NCBI GenBank assembly: GCA_001179505.1 | Contig: CDMY01000395.1 | Location: 186,001-250,000 of the forward strand | Reading direction: 5' to 3' | DNA: 64,000 bases | Source of the DNA: Vitrella brassicaformis CCMP3155 | Lineage: Eukaryota; Protista; Chromerida | Shown: piece by piece, positions 35,420-49,127 of the stretch | Layout: every line of letters starts with the position of its first letter | Position numbering within the stretch: the first letter of the stretch is position 1 | Position numbers and translations under genes: made by a program | Notes under the pieces: generated by a model | Database searches by the model: none | What the model was told of the DNA's origin: nothing | Seen by the model: only the letters and a program-made list of their open reading frames with translations

Positions 35420-38400
35420 TCCAGGAGTAACGATGATCTTCTCGATTGGCGTGGACCGTGTCGGCTCGTCGTGATTCGATTTGAAGATGCCAAAGCCTCC
35501 GTCAGGACCCTGTCCACTTGCAGCCGAGAAGGCATGTGCCGGCCCACATTCGCCAAACATCAGATGGGGCAAATGCAAACTGATCAGTCGTCAAGGGGCC
35601 TATGAATGTGACTGCGGCGAGCCGGACTTTGTTCCCAGTGCGGACAAAAGCCATTGTGTAGGTAGGAGCTAAGGAAGAGTCCTCGATCTGAATGAATGTT
35701 AAGGCTACCTGCCGTCTGTGCTGGTCCCAGCAACATGCAGCAGTCTTGGCAAGAGGCTATGCGGTGATGGGCCACCTATCAACGATGCAGAAGTCGGAAG
35801 GTGTGAGGTGAGAAATGTGCAAAGACACCAGACACACACATTCGTTGGCTGTCGTATCTCCAGGAGCCTGATCAATCGCAACGATTTGAGTACAAGTGTC
35901 ATTGTGGTGTGCGAGGGCTTCATGAATGGGCAGGCGCTGTCTTTGTGCATCCCAAACATGGAACGCCAATCTGCAGAGGTGAGCAGTTCCAACACTCATT
36001 GTTGCTTAGATTTATGTACTGCATACTGTTTCCGCAGCAAAGTGCGAGAGCTTGGCGGAAAGGCTGAGTGATGAGAACCCCCAAGGAGTTGTCGACTGTC
36101 GGGGCAAGGGCAAAGAGGATTCGGCCTTGCCGGAGGAGTTTGCGAGAGGCACATGCATCTTGGACGTGGAGATGACGCAGGACGGCTCGCAGAAATTCAC
36201 GAAGCATCAGTGCTTGTGCAGCGCCGGATACAAGAGGATCGTCATCCATGGTGCCAGCTACTGCATAGACATCTGCCGGGAAAACTCGTTGGGTGTGCAG
36301 CTGTGCGAGGGTGGTCGACCGGGAGGACGCAAAGGTGCTCACTGCTCAGCGATATTCCACTTCGCTGTATTGACAACCGCCTTTTCGTCAGGCAACAAAC
36401 TTGGAGTGTGCAAACCGCCAGAAGCAGACAGCACGAACTATTCTTGTGAATGCAACCCGCCTGCAAAATACATGGAAGATAATCCAAGGACACACACGGC
36501 GATGTGCATCAGTATGGCTGGCTTCACACACAACGCACTTTGTCCTTTGTACGCTTTGGCGCTGCCGACTATGCTACTGTGTCTATCAGGTGAGTGTGGG
36601 AGCAGCGGCTCTTCACTGGCAGCCGGTCGCTTGGCATGCATGGGCTCTAAAGGGCTCTCGAGGCCGCGAGGAGTCTGCTATGAATCACCTGACTGGGAAG
36701 CGACAGGCAAGGTACGTGTGAGGGATTTCGTGTCTCAGTCTGCAAATTGCTATTATTGTTCAGTACAACTGTGAGTGCGACGCCACGCTGTACACTCACG
36801 TCGTCACAGCTGAGGGGGAGAAGTGCGTAGGTAAGACGATCTTCTGGATAACAAACGTGTTGTATACATCTTTCCTCTGTTCCAGCGCCGTGCGACTCGA
36901 GTGCAAGCGAGCATTTCAAAGGTCTGGGTCATTCTCTTTGCAAGGAAGGCAATCTCGACACACAGACAAACCCAGATTCAGAGGAGAAATTTGGAAAATG
37001 CAAGGATTCGGACAACCCCGGCGAGGACTACATTTGTGAAGAGTGCTCAGCGGCTGCAGAGCGCATGGATTTCCCATTTACCCTGACTGAGATGTGCAAA
37101 CGGCTTGCCACATGCCCGGAATCTAATCGCGGCTTTTGGAATTGCCGTGCCGGCAGTGGGGAGCATTCAGATGATAATAAGTACTACAGAGGCGGTTGTT
37201 TGGTGCTTGATCATCCGCAGGGCGCTGTCGCCTACGATTGCGACTGTTCGGGTGCAAACAGTGAATTCCGCGAGTCGAAGACCCTGTATGTCAAAGATGA
37301 GAGCAACAGAAAAAGGCCAGTGACGTGTGCAGGTAGGATGAGGTGAAGTGAAATGTTCGTTTGCATGTCCTGTATGCCTCTGATTGCTTCAGTCCCCTGT
37401 GAGGCCTTTGACCATCTTGGAACAAAGCTTTGTGAGAAATGGGGAGACATGTAGAGGCAGCACAAAACGGCGGACGCCTTGGGCGGCAAGAAGCGAGGCA
37501 AATGCGTGGGCAACCTGGAAGAAGAAGAAGAGCTGGTCAAGGTCAAAACAAAAGGTGAAGCGCACGAATGAAGGAAGGACCGCACGCTTGTTCGTCCATC
37601 GTTGCCTTATGCGGTGTCTTCAGGCTCGTATTCCTGCGAGTGCTTTGCCGATTTTGCCTTGACAGAATCGTTGATATGGAAGCCGAGCGCGACGGAATAT
37701 TGCGCTGGAGCTGCAGGGTCCTGCAGCAAAGAGGCGATGCAGCGATGTCGCGGGCCTGAAGAAGACCGAGAGGACAAGCAAAAAGAGTGGTTCTGGGGTG
37801 AGTGTATCCCGCGCGATGAGTTCGGAGAGGGAGGCGAGGCAGAGAATGAGTGTGACTGTGCATTCTACACGACGCATGGGCACAAGAACGGACTGGCTAC
37901 GAAAGCCTTCCCTCTCGACGGGAAATCCAACCAGCAATGCATCGGTACTCCTACACGAATCATTATTGGTGGCACGGTCTATTGTCAAATGGCTGTCATC
38001 TGCAGCTGGATGTGAGGGCTTCGGCGACCTGCTGTGTGGAGGGGTCGACAGCGAAGAGACGCCGATCGGCCAGCTGAAACTGCCAAGTCAGGAGGAGGCC
38101 CTTGGCATGTGTCAGCCCGTCGCGGAGCCGGAGAGCAGTACACAAGGCTACGAGTGCGTGTGCCGTGAAGACAAGCAGGCCGTGAGGGACATCCACAAGC
38201 GCATACAGACGCAGATGTGTACGGGTGAGTGGCTGACTTGGCCAGACAGAGACGGGCTGCGTGTATGTTTGTATGTGTACATCAGTCGGCAAGCTGTGTA
38301 CGGAGGGATCGCCTGAAGACAAGAGCTGCAAGGGCGAGGGCGTGGCGGAGGAGTATGTTCGAGGAAAGTGCTACAAGCTCTCAGAAAGCCTTGCCGACGA

Positions 38401-41400
38401 AAACAACATGAGCGAACGAACGGGACACATCTATGCCCACCAATGGCTTGGCCCATAAATGCATGACCGTGTCACGTGCCTGACTTGGTCTGTCTGTCTG
38501 TCTCCCTCAGGTGACGTATCGGTGTGGGTGTCGAGAGGGCTTCAAGGCGATTCTTGTCAAGCAGCCCACTCCGAGGCAGTTGTGCGTGCCCACCTGCAGC
38601 GCCCTCGAGACGGGGGAGCGGCGAGGGCTCGGCCACCTGCTGTGCTCGAGCAACCTGCAGGGCCGCCAACCTGACAACAACAGCCAGGATCACGTCCGCG
38701 GTGAGTGCGTCGACAGTGAGGACGTGCTGATGGAAAACGGCAATCGGGGGTACCGGTGTCAGTGCAAAGTCACCCACACCCTCATACCCTCTGCTGACTT
38801 CACGACGGACGACCCAAGCAATCCGATCAGCGGCAAGGCGGAGGTCTTCGCATCGAGTCAAAGCGAGTATTGTCCAGGCGCCAAATTAGCCTGTCCGCTC
38901 AAAGGCCAAACCGCCTGTCGCGGGCCTGCTGCAGCGAGCGGCGACGTGCAGTGGCTGTGGGGGGAGTGTGTGCTGCCTCCTCCAGACAAAGATGACGGCC
39001 TCGGCGATACCTTCGCCTGCAAATGCGGATTCTACAAGAGCCAGGCCAAATTTGAGACAACCTACGACAAACAACACAACAAATGCATCGGTACTCGCAC
39101 AAGAATACTTATTGGTGGCACGGTCTATTGTCAAATGGCTGTCATCTGCAGCTGGATGTGAGGGCTTCGGCGACCTGCTGTGTGGAGGGGTCGCCAGTGA
39201 AGAGACGCCGATCGGCCAGCTGAAACTGCCAAGTCAGGAGGAGGCCCTTGGCACGTGTCAGCCCGTCGCGGAGCCGGAGAGCAGTACACAGGGCTACGAG
39301 TGCGTGTGCCGTGAGGACAAGCAGGCCGTGAGGGACATCCACAAGCGCACACAGACGCAGATGTGCACGGGTGAGTGGCTGACTTGGCCAGACAGAGACG
39401 GGCTGCGTGTATGTTTGTATGTGTACATCAGTCGGCAAGCTGTGTACGGAGGGATCGCCTGAAGACAAGAGCTACAAGGGCGAGGGCGTGGCGGAGGAGT
39501 ATGTTCGAGGAAAGTGCTACAAGCTCTCAGAAAGCTTTGCCCACGAAAACAACGTGAGCGAACGAACGAGACACATCTATGCCCACCAATGGCTTGGCCC
39601 ATAAATGCATGACCGTGTCACGTGCCTGACTTGGTCTGTCTATCTGTCTGTCTCCCTCAGGTGACGTATCGGTGTGGGTGTCGAGAGGGCTTCAAGGCGA
39701 TTCTTGTCAAGCAGCCCACTCCGAGGCAGTTGTGCGTGCCCACCTGCAGCGCCCTCGAGACGGGGGAGCGGCGAGGGCTCGGCCACCTGCTGTGCTCGAG
39801 CAACCTGCAGGGCCGCCTACCTGACAACAACAGCCAGGATCACGTCCGCGGTGAGTGCGTCGACAGTGAGGACGTGCTGATGGAAAACGGCAGTCGGGGG
39901 TACCGGTGTCAGTGCAAAGTCACCCACACCCTCATACCCTCTGCTGACTTCATGACGGACGACCCAAGCAATCCGATCAGCGGCAAGGCGGAGGTCTTCG
40001 CGTCGAGTCAAAGCGAGTATTGTCCAGGCGCCAAATTAGCCTGTCCGCTCAAAGGCCAAACCGCCTGTCGCGGGCTTGCTGCAGCGAGCGGCGACGTGCA
40101 GTGGCTGTGGGGGGAGTGTGTGCTGCCTCCTCCAGACAAAGATGACGGCCTCGACGATACCTTCGCCTGCAAATGCGGATTCTACAAGAGCCAGGCCAAA
40201 TTTGAGACCGCCTACGACAAACAACACAACAAGTGCATCGGTGAGTCGTGACGGAGCCTCTCGACGGAGCTTCTCATCATCATGTGTGTTACTCAGCTCC
40301 CTGCAAGGGTTTTGGCGATTTGCTCTGCTCGGGCGTGGGGGACCTAGACAAGCCCTTTGTAAATCAGCAAGGACGATCGCCGTCCTTAGGTAAGGAGGTA
40401 AAGAAAGCGCCTGCGCCCGCATTTTGGTTGCCTTCAGGCCATTGTCGAGGATGGGAAGACGGAGTGACAGGAGACGACTATAATTGCACATGCGATCCCA
40501 ACATCGCTTACGAGCGCCCTGGTGGCCACCCTTGCACCAAAACGCCCGTGTGCATGCCAGGGGGCTGCGACGACAAGGAGAAAGCGGCGTGCCAGGGGCC
40601 GGCAACAGACAAACGGTTTTTCCTCGGCCGCTGCTCTCCAAAGGCGCCAGATGATGCAGAGAGAGCCTATGAATGCCAGTGCGGGGCCTATTTTAAGACA
40701 AATGGAATCAGTGGGAGCCCTACAGCTGACAACAAGAAATGTCTGCGTAAGTGCTCTCTGTAGAACGAATAAGTAAATGTTCCGACTCGTCTGTTTCGTT
40801 GATGTCACTTCAGCTCGATGCAAGAGCCACGATGGCACATCGCCTGGTGTTGGTGATCGGCTGTGTGGAGGGGATGATCTCGCAGACCTGATGAGCCCGA
40901 AGGTCGACACCAGCATAGGTAAATGACGATGCCTCTCTAGCGTCTCTGGATGTCAATCTTTTGTCACGTGTAGGCACATGCGAGGACAAAGGCGATTCAT
41001 ATGAATGTACCTGCAAGGATGCCGTGAGCAACCCACATCATCCAATCTACCAAACCCCTTTCTGCGAGAAAAAAGCGCTTTGTGAGAAAAGCTGGATGAA
41101 AAGGGATTTGCTCAAGAAGGCACTTCGCAACTGTCATGGGCCGGCAAAGAAGGGGTAAGATGAGGTATAACCTTTTTCTCACGTCCTTCCCTGCTTTGTC
41201 CAATCCATGCAGCTACTACTTTGGCGAGTGCTACAGCTACCCCAGCTGGAAAGATCGAAATGCGGGCGAAGCCAAGTATGAGTGTATTTGTGGCAAGAAT
41301 GAGGAATACGACACTGAGTACTCAAGGAAAGAGGAGGCTACGGAGGACCATGAATGGCCAAAGTGCCGAGGCAAGTGCATTTTCCGTTGGGTACCTCTAT

Positions 41401-44400
41401 GTCTCTGTCTCCATGCATGCAGCTGACTGCACCTTGGGGAGCAAGATGTGCGGTACAGCGTCGAGCGACAAGGAGAAAAAGAAAGGAACATGCAAGATCG
41501 AACGAGAGAAATACATCCAAAAGGGGGTAAGGGAGGGAGGGAGGGACATCCATCCACACCACACACAGGGCTGACACCGACAGACGGCTGTCACGCTGCA
41601 CTCACCGCGTGAATTAATGAAGAACAATGTTTCAGGTATACACATGCCAATGCGAAGGCGCATCTAAGCAGGACCCGCTCGTTGACGAGAACACGGGCAC
41701 TGAATACTGCGAAGGTCAGCGACTTCATAGCTCCAGCCGACAACAGTCGATACTCCCATGCTCCAATCAGGTGAATGCGACCCGCAAGAGCATTCAGAAG
41801 GAATCTTGAACTGCGGCGGCCCGGAGGCAAGCAACCCGAAGGCCGAGAAGCAGCCGATTTGGCGCAAGTGTCGTGCAAGGGGCGCTGGCAAGGGATATCG
41901 CTGTGTGTGCGAGAGAGAATTCGTTCGCCGAAGAGTCGTCGACAAGACCGGCAAAGAATACGATATATGCGCAGGTACACTGAGCGCAGCGAGATTGGAA
42001 CGCATCATGTCACTTATCTTGGTGTTGCTCACAGGCTCATGTGCTCTGGGGAGGTATCTATGTGGGGAGGTCTCAAAATTTGACACCGATAAGAACGGCA
42101 GTCCCTGGAACAAACTTTATCCTCCCTGGATAGTGGACAGTCCCAAGAATCCGCCACGTCTGCTTAAGTACGTTGCTGCAAAGGACAGGAGAAACAACGA
42201 CATCATCGCGCCGCCAAGAGACATGGGCAGATGCTATGAGATCAAAGAAGGCCTCTATGCGGACCCTGACATATTCGCTAGGCAGTTTCCAGAGCATAGG
42301 CTGCAAGGTGAGTGTGGATGACGCCTGTGCATGTTCGCCTTACTGTTCGCATCCCTTGTTCACCAGATGGCTACTTCTGTGAGTGCTGCCAGATGCCGAA
42401 AGGTGGACCATGGTAGGTGAAAAAATAAAGATATTGCCGATAAATGTAAAAGCAATGTCACCGCCATGTCAGAGCGTCAGGTAAGGACATGAACCGCGAC
42501 AAACAGCCCCCCCTGAGACACCGGTACTTCCATACCCTCCTGTGCAAAAGTGAGTGATGAGCTTCTGCTCACATATGTCCCCCCACAAAGTAGCGGCTAT
42601 TCTGTGTCAGGGAATACCTACTGTGGGGGATCCGAAACTAATCAACAGTGCTTCTGCAGTGCCAGCCTTGAGTGCGAGACACCAGAAGAGTGCAAAAGGA
42701 AGACTAACACAAGAAATCTCAACCTCTTTACCAAAGAGGCGGCAGAAACCAAGAGAGGAGGCTTTGAAGGCAGCAGCTCGACTATGGGCGGACAGAAGAA
42801 GGCCGAAGTGCCGATTTTGACAGTCTGGACCGATCCACACCTGGACATGCCTGAGCTCGAATATGGCCGACCTGGCTACTGCTTCTGGTACGATGACTTG
42901 ATGGCCTTTGCCCCACCGTTCAGCAAGGGGTGAGCAAAAAGCAGTACCAAATGCTTTAGCAAATGCTTATCCGCCATTCAGATACTTCAACGGGCAACCG
43001 CTGAGTGGCGAATCGAAGGCTGACGTATGCACGCGATCGGGAGACAAGGAAGACTCGAAATATGCTCATGTGGAGGGACACAATCGTGTCTCACGCCGAA
43101 GAAGTGCCTGATTGGTGAAGACTGGTAAAAGACGAAAGGGGATATGAGATACTTCTGCCAAACTGAAAAACGTTAGTGAGTGACACCCATTTCTCACGCA
43201 CACATACACGGGCCTCTCTGTGTGCAGTTTGGATCGCTTTCAGCGGCATGGTTCCTTCTAGAGCTGCATGAGCTTGTATGATCAAACACGACACCGACCG
43301 ATGTGTCTGTGACGCTGGCCTCATAATGATACTTTGCCTTCTCGTTTGCCAGGTATGAACTTTTCGAGTTTCCGTACCAATTGCCTCAGAGCACGAAAGA
43401 GAAGCCGACGCAAGAGCTGGAGCAGATTGAAACGCCCGACTCTGTGCTGCAGCAAAAGTACAAGACAAGTCGGCAGAGTTGTCCTATTGGCTTTGAGACA
43501 TTTTGCACGAAGACAAAGGGAGCAAATGGATGTCTCATTGTGCAATGGAAGAAAACTGCAGAGGTAAAAGTCAAGGCATACACCGAATGAGCCCGAGCGT
43601 TTCTTCTTTCATGCGGATGTGATCGTTGCGGAGGGCAAAATTGACGGCAAGCGATGCAAAGTGCCAGACAACTCAAACGCCATCAACATCATCGACTATC
43701 AGCGCTGCAAAGTCAGGAAAAAACCTGGGACGGACGAATTAATGGGGGTGAAGTTATATCCATGCGAAAAGATCGAAACCAATTACAAGGTGACTGGATG
43801 GATTGAGGATACTCTCTGCTACGAGTTCTGTAAAATGCGATCCTTGCTTCCATGCAGGGTGCGGGTCAAGACCCAAGGTTGCCGCAATTTGACCCCAGAA
43901 AACGACGTTCGAGCGAAACGAAGGGCGGCGGAAGACAGCGATGCAGTCCAAGCAATGTGGCTGTAGCGGGTAAGCATTCTTTTCACTACCTAATTTACCT
44001 CACAACCACATCGCCTCTGAGCCTCCGATATAGGCTCTCATTCCTCCTCGACAGCATCAAATCACACCGTTACCAAGAAAACGACGAGCTCAGGTGAGTC
44101 GTCTGCCAGTCACAGCTGAGAAGAAGGCTTAGTTAGAACAAACTCTGGTGCGTGTGTATTCTGATCAGTCTCTTTCAAGTCCTCTATGCGAAGTAGTGAG
44201 ACACAAAAGCCCATCCGTTTCCATAGTATGTCCTCGTGTGTGTCTGCCGATGTGACCTTGACAGGCTCAAGCACAGTGACCACATCACGAAGCGTAACGA
44301 AAAGCGGAAGCCACCAGACGTCCTCAGTCACAAGAGAGCAACGGGACCTCAGGATAGAACGTACGTGAGCCAGTGGGACTGTGCAGCTGCTACAAAAGGT

Positions 44401-44441
44401 CAGTCGTCTATATTCTCTCGTCAGGCACCGGCGGGCGGTAG
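35420..44441 (+). CDS. Giant Cys-rich protein 2: about 20-25 EGF-like 6-Cys modules plus a C-terminal domain paralogous to protein 1
   Basis: Same module pattern and intron phasing as protein 1 (e.g. GCEGFGDLLCGG...LGMCQP...QGYECVCRED...TQMCTG). C-terminal CFCSASLECETPEEC...NLNLFT...WTDPHLD...GYCFWY matches protein 1. The 5' end and signal peptide were not located, and the 3' end is approximate. Confidence 0.7.
37938..40242. repeat. Intragenic tandem duplication, period about 1.15 kb (two copies, four modules each), introns included
   Basis: tgcatcggt junctions at 37938, 39084 and 40234. Sequences 37938-39083 and 39084-40233 are near-identical, including introns. Confidence 0.95.
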
Positions 44442-45279
44442 ACTGCTTGAGCCGATGGGCGACCAGAATACAGGCAGGCAAAAGATAAACCACATACATC
44501 GCACAGCCTGTTTGTGCTGTTACTGTTAGCTACCGAGAGAAAAGACTAGATGTCGCGTAATGGGTCGATGGACACTATGGTCAAGCCTGTTCTAATGTCC
44601 TGCCCACGAAGAAGGTCGAAGATAGCTATGTACATTATGCACGCACCCTATATGTGCACCGGCCAGGCTGGGTTGATGCGATAGCGTCTCTGAGATGAGT
44701 TCTCTGAGGGATAGACGATGGGGGCATACATACGTCCAACCAGCCTAAACACTGTATTTGCTGGTGTGGCAATCAAGGATGGAAGAATGGCCATGTGTGT
44801 GTGTGTGCTTGTGCATGGGCGACCAATAGATGGGCGAGAAACGGCTTTTGTGTATGTGACGTATACCATCGACATCGTGCAAATGTGTGGGCCTTGCTTG
44901 CCAAGAATACATCATCCCTGATGAGTTTTTGTCGGCCGTCGATCCAAGCTCGTAGAGGTCTGCGAGCCAAGCTGCTTTCCTTTGAGAAGGTGTAGTTGGC
45001 TGGGTGGGTGGTGGGCTGCTTACATACGAACAGACGCATGGATGGATGGATGGATGTGTGATGGTCCACATACTCACGATTTTCCTCCATCGATCATTCA
45101 TGCCACACCACAGCCTTGTACGAAGTCGTAACTAACGCACACTGACTGACTGCAGGCCACCTGCGGCCCTTCCTTCAACACATGCAGCTTGCCAGCACGG
45201 CGGAAGCACAAGATCCATCAGTACACACAAACACATGCATCACCATGCCATCATGTGGATGGGCTTTCACCTTCATGGT

Positions 45280-47406
45280 CTACGGCTGCTGGCCATCGAG
45301 CACGACAGGCGCAATAGGGCTGACCGCGCGACGAATGTGAAAGGCCGTCAGGGGGAATCGTTGGGCGAGGGGGCGTCATGGGGGACACCCACTGCTGCAG
45401 CCTCGGTGGTGCGAATAGTGACGCGCACTGGATGCAGACAACAGCACAGCAGATGATCAAACGACACGACAGCATGAGGATGTGCTGTGAATGTCAAGAT
45501 GCATGTGTACCGTCCTGGTTGTCGCCTGGGGGGATCTCGAAGCTAATCCCTGCGATGAAAGGGTCGGCACACGTCGTCAGCACATGCAGCTACCCACAGG
45601 TCTCACTGGCCGCCTCCCATGTCAACACGTGCGAGCATCCGTTGAGAGGCGTGTGTGGCGATTGGGTGATGATGATGTCGAGGTGGCCACCCCACACACG
45701 CCTGACACACACATCAATTGCGCACCACATAGCGATTCGCCCTCTCATTGCGTGTCGTCCATCGACTCACCGGTCCACCACCACTGCTGGCGAGTCGGCG
45801 AAGCCGCCCACAGCCAACACCCGGTGAACCAGCATCAGGTCCTTCAGCAGGTAGCTGGCCGATGCGTGAACAGGCGCGTCGTCGATGCCAACCGTCGCCC
45901 AGCCCACACCAGGCTGCCACCTAATGCGGTGGCGGACTGGCGGGTCGTTCGGCTTGGCGTGGTGGATGAAGGGGTGCTGCGAGAAGGGATGGACGGGCCG
46001 GTTTGCGAGGGGGAGGGGCGAGTTGATGGCGGCGGTGAAGTTGGGCTCGTTGCGGATGATCCGGAGCTCGTTGTTGTGGCGGAATAGGATGAGTGTACCG
46101 TCATGCTGGCCAGTGGGGCGCCGGAGGACGACATTGCGGCCGACGAGCATTCACTGCGCACAGAAACGGGGCAGTGACAAGAAGTCTTGATGAACAGACA
46201 CACACATCCAGCAGCTCACCGGTTGCCTCTTCTGTGTGTCGTGCTTACCGCCTTGGTGGCGTGTGTCTGCAGGTCTCCAGCACCCACAGTGACCGGCAGC
46301 TGGCAATTGCCGCAGTGCTCGGCGAGTCTGAGCGTCCCGCCCGCCTCCCGCCAGCCGCCCTCGCCCCCCTCCTCCACCACCCACATGGCCTTCATCACAT
46401 CGCCGTGGCTCAGCTGATCGTCGAACTGCACCACACCGCCCACCCCCGCCCGCTCGACGGCCGTCCGCAGGCGAAGGCTGCGGACGATGGGCCGCACGGC
46501 GTTGGTGAAGTGGCGGGCTGTCGATTTGAATCGGCCGATGGTGTTGACGTCAGAGGCTGCGACGATGATGCTTATGGGCTCAGCGGGAAGGTCCGAGAGG
46601 TCCGTCGGTGTGGCCTGATGCCACACAGCAATGCCATGCACACGCAATGCATCTGGCGGCTCGGTGTGTGTGTCTTGCTTGTGCCTGCCTGTGGTCACAC
46701 ACCTGCACGTGGCCATCGTTGCTTTGTGTGGCAGAATTGTTCGGCTCATCACCTGACAACGACACAGACACACACAAGGCCGGTTGTGTGTGTTGGTGTG
46801 CCATTCTACCTTACGAATGTGTGTGTCGGCTCACCCTCGTGTGTTGTCTGTGCGATGACGGTCTCTATTGTGTGCGCAAGCTCTGCCAGATGGTCGGACA
46901 CAGCAGCGAGTTGACGATTCACCTTGGCCACCACCTGACGAATGAATGAACAGAACAAGAGCAACACCAAGCATAACTTGACAGAGGCCATTGTGTGGTT
47001 CTGTGTGCTGCTTGGCACCCTGCATGCACCTGTGTTGGCAGCTGAGTGGAGTCCATCTGTGAGAGCCGTGTGATCTGTGTGTTTGCCTGCACACATATGC
47101 CACCACCCCACAAGCAGCACCACAGGCAAGCAACCGACAGGTGAAAGATGGATGGACTGCATAAACGAATGTGCGAGTTAGCTACCTGTGTCTGATTCAT
47201 CTGAAGGCATGCTGTGATCAAAAGCGTGAACTCCCGCTGCGGCAAGAGCTGCTCACGCACACGCAAAGCAACCATCTGCACCACACACATGCAGGACAAC
47301 ACAAACGGCACACAGACACGACGAATGCTATGATGCACGTGCTCAAGGGGAGGGCACCTTTGCCTTTATTCCCATCTTCTCTCACCCGAGTCTGATTGAC
47401 GTCCAT
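45280..47406 (-). CDS. Orphan multi-exon protein of a probably lineage-expanded family
   Basis: Spliced frames VVAKVNRQLAAVSDHLAELAHTIETV / KSTARHFTNAVRPIVRSLRLRTAVERAGVGGVVQFDDQLSHGDVMKAMWVVEEGG / GTLILFRHNNELRIIRNEPNF. A partial paralogue lies at 9.3-9.9 kb. It resembles, from memory only, expanded Vitrella-specific hypothetical proteins. Confidence 0.6.
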
Positions 47407-47582
47407 GGCCCAGATGGTATGAATCACGCTGCTGCTTGGACGCTTCAAGAGATTGAGCACGTCCCACTCATCAACCTCAACCCTTTGATCTCCTCCCCCT
47501 CTGCGATTTCTCTGCGAGCTTGAAAGGTATCTGCAAGCCAAGCTGTCCTTTCCGTGACTGTTCCCGATTGTTGGCATCGGCC

Positions 47583-48773
47583 ATGACTGATGTGGATCCT
47601 TCATCCCTGTTCCCCATCATCCACGGCTTCCTCACAGCGCAGGGATTCACCAGAACGGCAAAAGTTCTGCGCAAGGAGCTCGGCGAGGTAAGCCAGAGGG
47701 CTTGTGTGCCCGAATGCACCGAGTATCTAGCGCTAGATAGCCGTGGAGATGGTGTTGCCTGCTCCTGTTGTGTCCACCTCAGGGCGTTGAACTCGGAACG
47801 GAAGAGGACTTGATGGCCATCTATGCGGCGTACGTGGCGGCACAGCAGGCTGAGCCGATGGTGAACGGCCACATACCAGCGGATCAGCCGAAGAAGAAGA
47901 AAAAGAAGAAGAGCAAGACCATCGAAGGTCTGTCACAACGATTGATGAGTGACATGACACACTCAGACACTCCTCCGTCTGTCTGTCTGTCTGTCTGTCG
48001 CCTGCCTGCCTGGCTGCAGCTGAGGACGAGGCACCGGTTGAGGAGCCTCCAGCAGCATCGACCGAGAAGCCAAAGAAGAAGAAGAAGAAGCGACCAGCCG
48101 TCGATCAGCCCGACGAAGTAACTGAGGAGCAGGAAGAGTCAGCTGAGCAGCCCGAAGTGAGCACGGTCAAGGTCAAGAAAGCCAAGAGGGCCAAGCTGGC
48201 GGCTGAGAGTGTCGATAGCGCACCAACGGAGGAGCAAGAGACGAATGACGTGGTCGACAAGGGGAGCAAGAAGAAAGCAGGTGTGTCAAGGGAGGGAGGG
48301 AGGGAGGGAGGGAGGGAGGAAGGGCCCTACCACATGCACCACGTGTGTGTGCAGGTGGTGTGCCGTTCAAGCGCATCGACGAGAGCAAGTTTGCGGACAA
48401 ACTCCACGAGCCACTCAAAGACAACTCCTTCATCGCAAAGGTACACCACAGACACCCGTCCTTCAGAGAGTGTCCCGGCTGCACACTGTCTGTCTGTCTG
48501 TCTGTGTCGTCAGGCCAAGTGGGGTCAGGGTGCTGGTGATGTGTTCGCAGCCAAGGCAGCTGAAGACCTGGGAAAGGTAGGGACAGGACAGGTCATCCCC
48601 CGGTCGTCAGGAGATGAGACGATATACCCCCTCTGCGGTGCGGTGTGGCGGTGTGTCAGGTGCGTGGTAAGGATTTCCGCAAGGAGATGGCCAAGAAGAA
48701 ACGGTCGTCGTGGAAGGGGGCAGGGGAGATCGACACGGGCGTCAACTCCATCCGATTTGACGACTCTGATTAA
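47583..48773 (+). CDS. SRP40: SRP40/Nopp140 (NOLC1)-like nucleolar protein with N-terminal LisH-like motif
   Basis: N-terminus SLFPIIHGFLTAQGFTRTAKVLRKE; K/E-rich middle; SRP40_C domain PFKRID...DNSF...WG...AAEDLGKVRGKDFRKEMAKKKRSSWKGAGEIDTGVNSIRFDDSD*. Confidence 0.92.
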
Positions 48774-49127
48774 CCCACAGACGGGCTGACAGACAGTTGT
48801 CACAGGCTGAGCTGAGCAAGTGTGCAAATGGCTGACGGGGTTCATGTCATACGGCAGGCTATGGGTGTCGTGAAGAGGTGCTGGTGTGAGAGAGAGAGGT
48901 GTATAGAAAGGACGAGGAAGGAACTGAAGAGTGAGTTCAAGTCTGCAGCCGAGACCGCTCGTCTGATGAACGAATGCGTTGAATGATACGATCACAAACA
49001 CATGGACATTAATTTGCACCCGCGCAGCGCAGCGAGTTGGTCATTCATCTACTCATACACCACTCGTCCACTCATGCAGTCAGTCCACACAAGTACACCA
49101 CCTTTCCTCCCTCCCTCTCCCCTTTCT

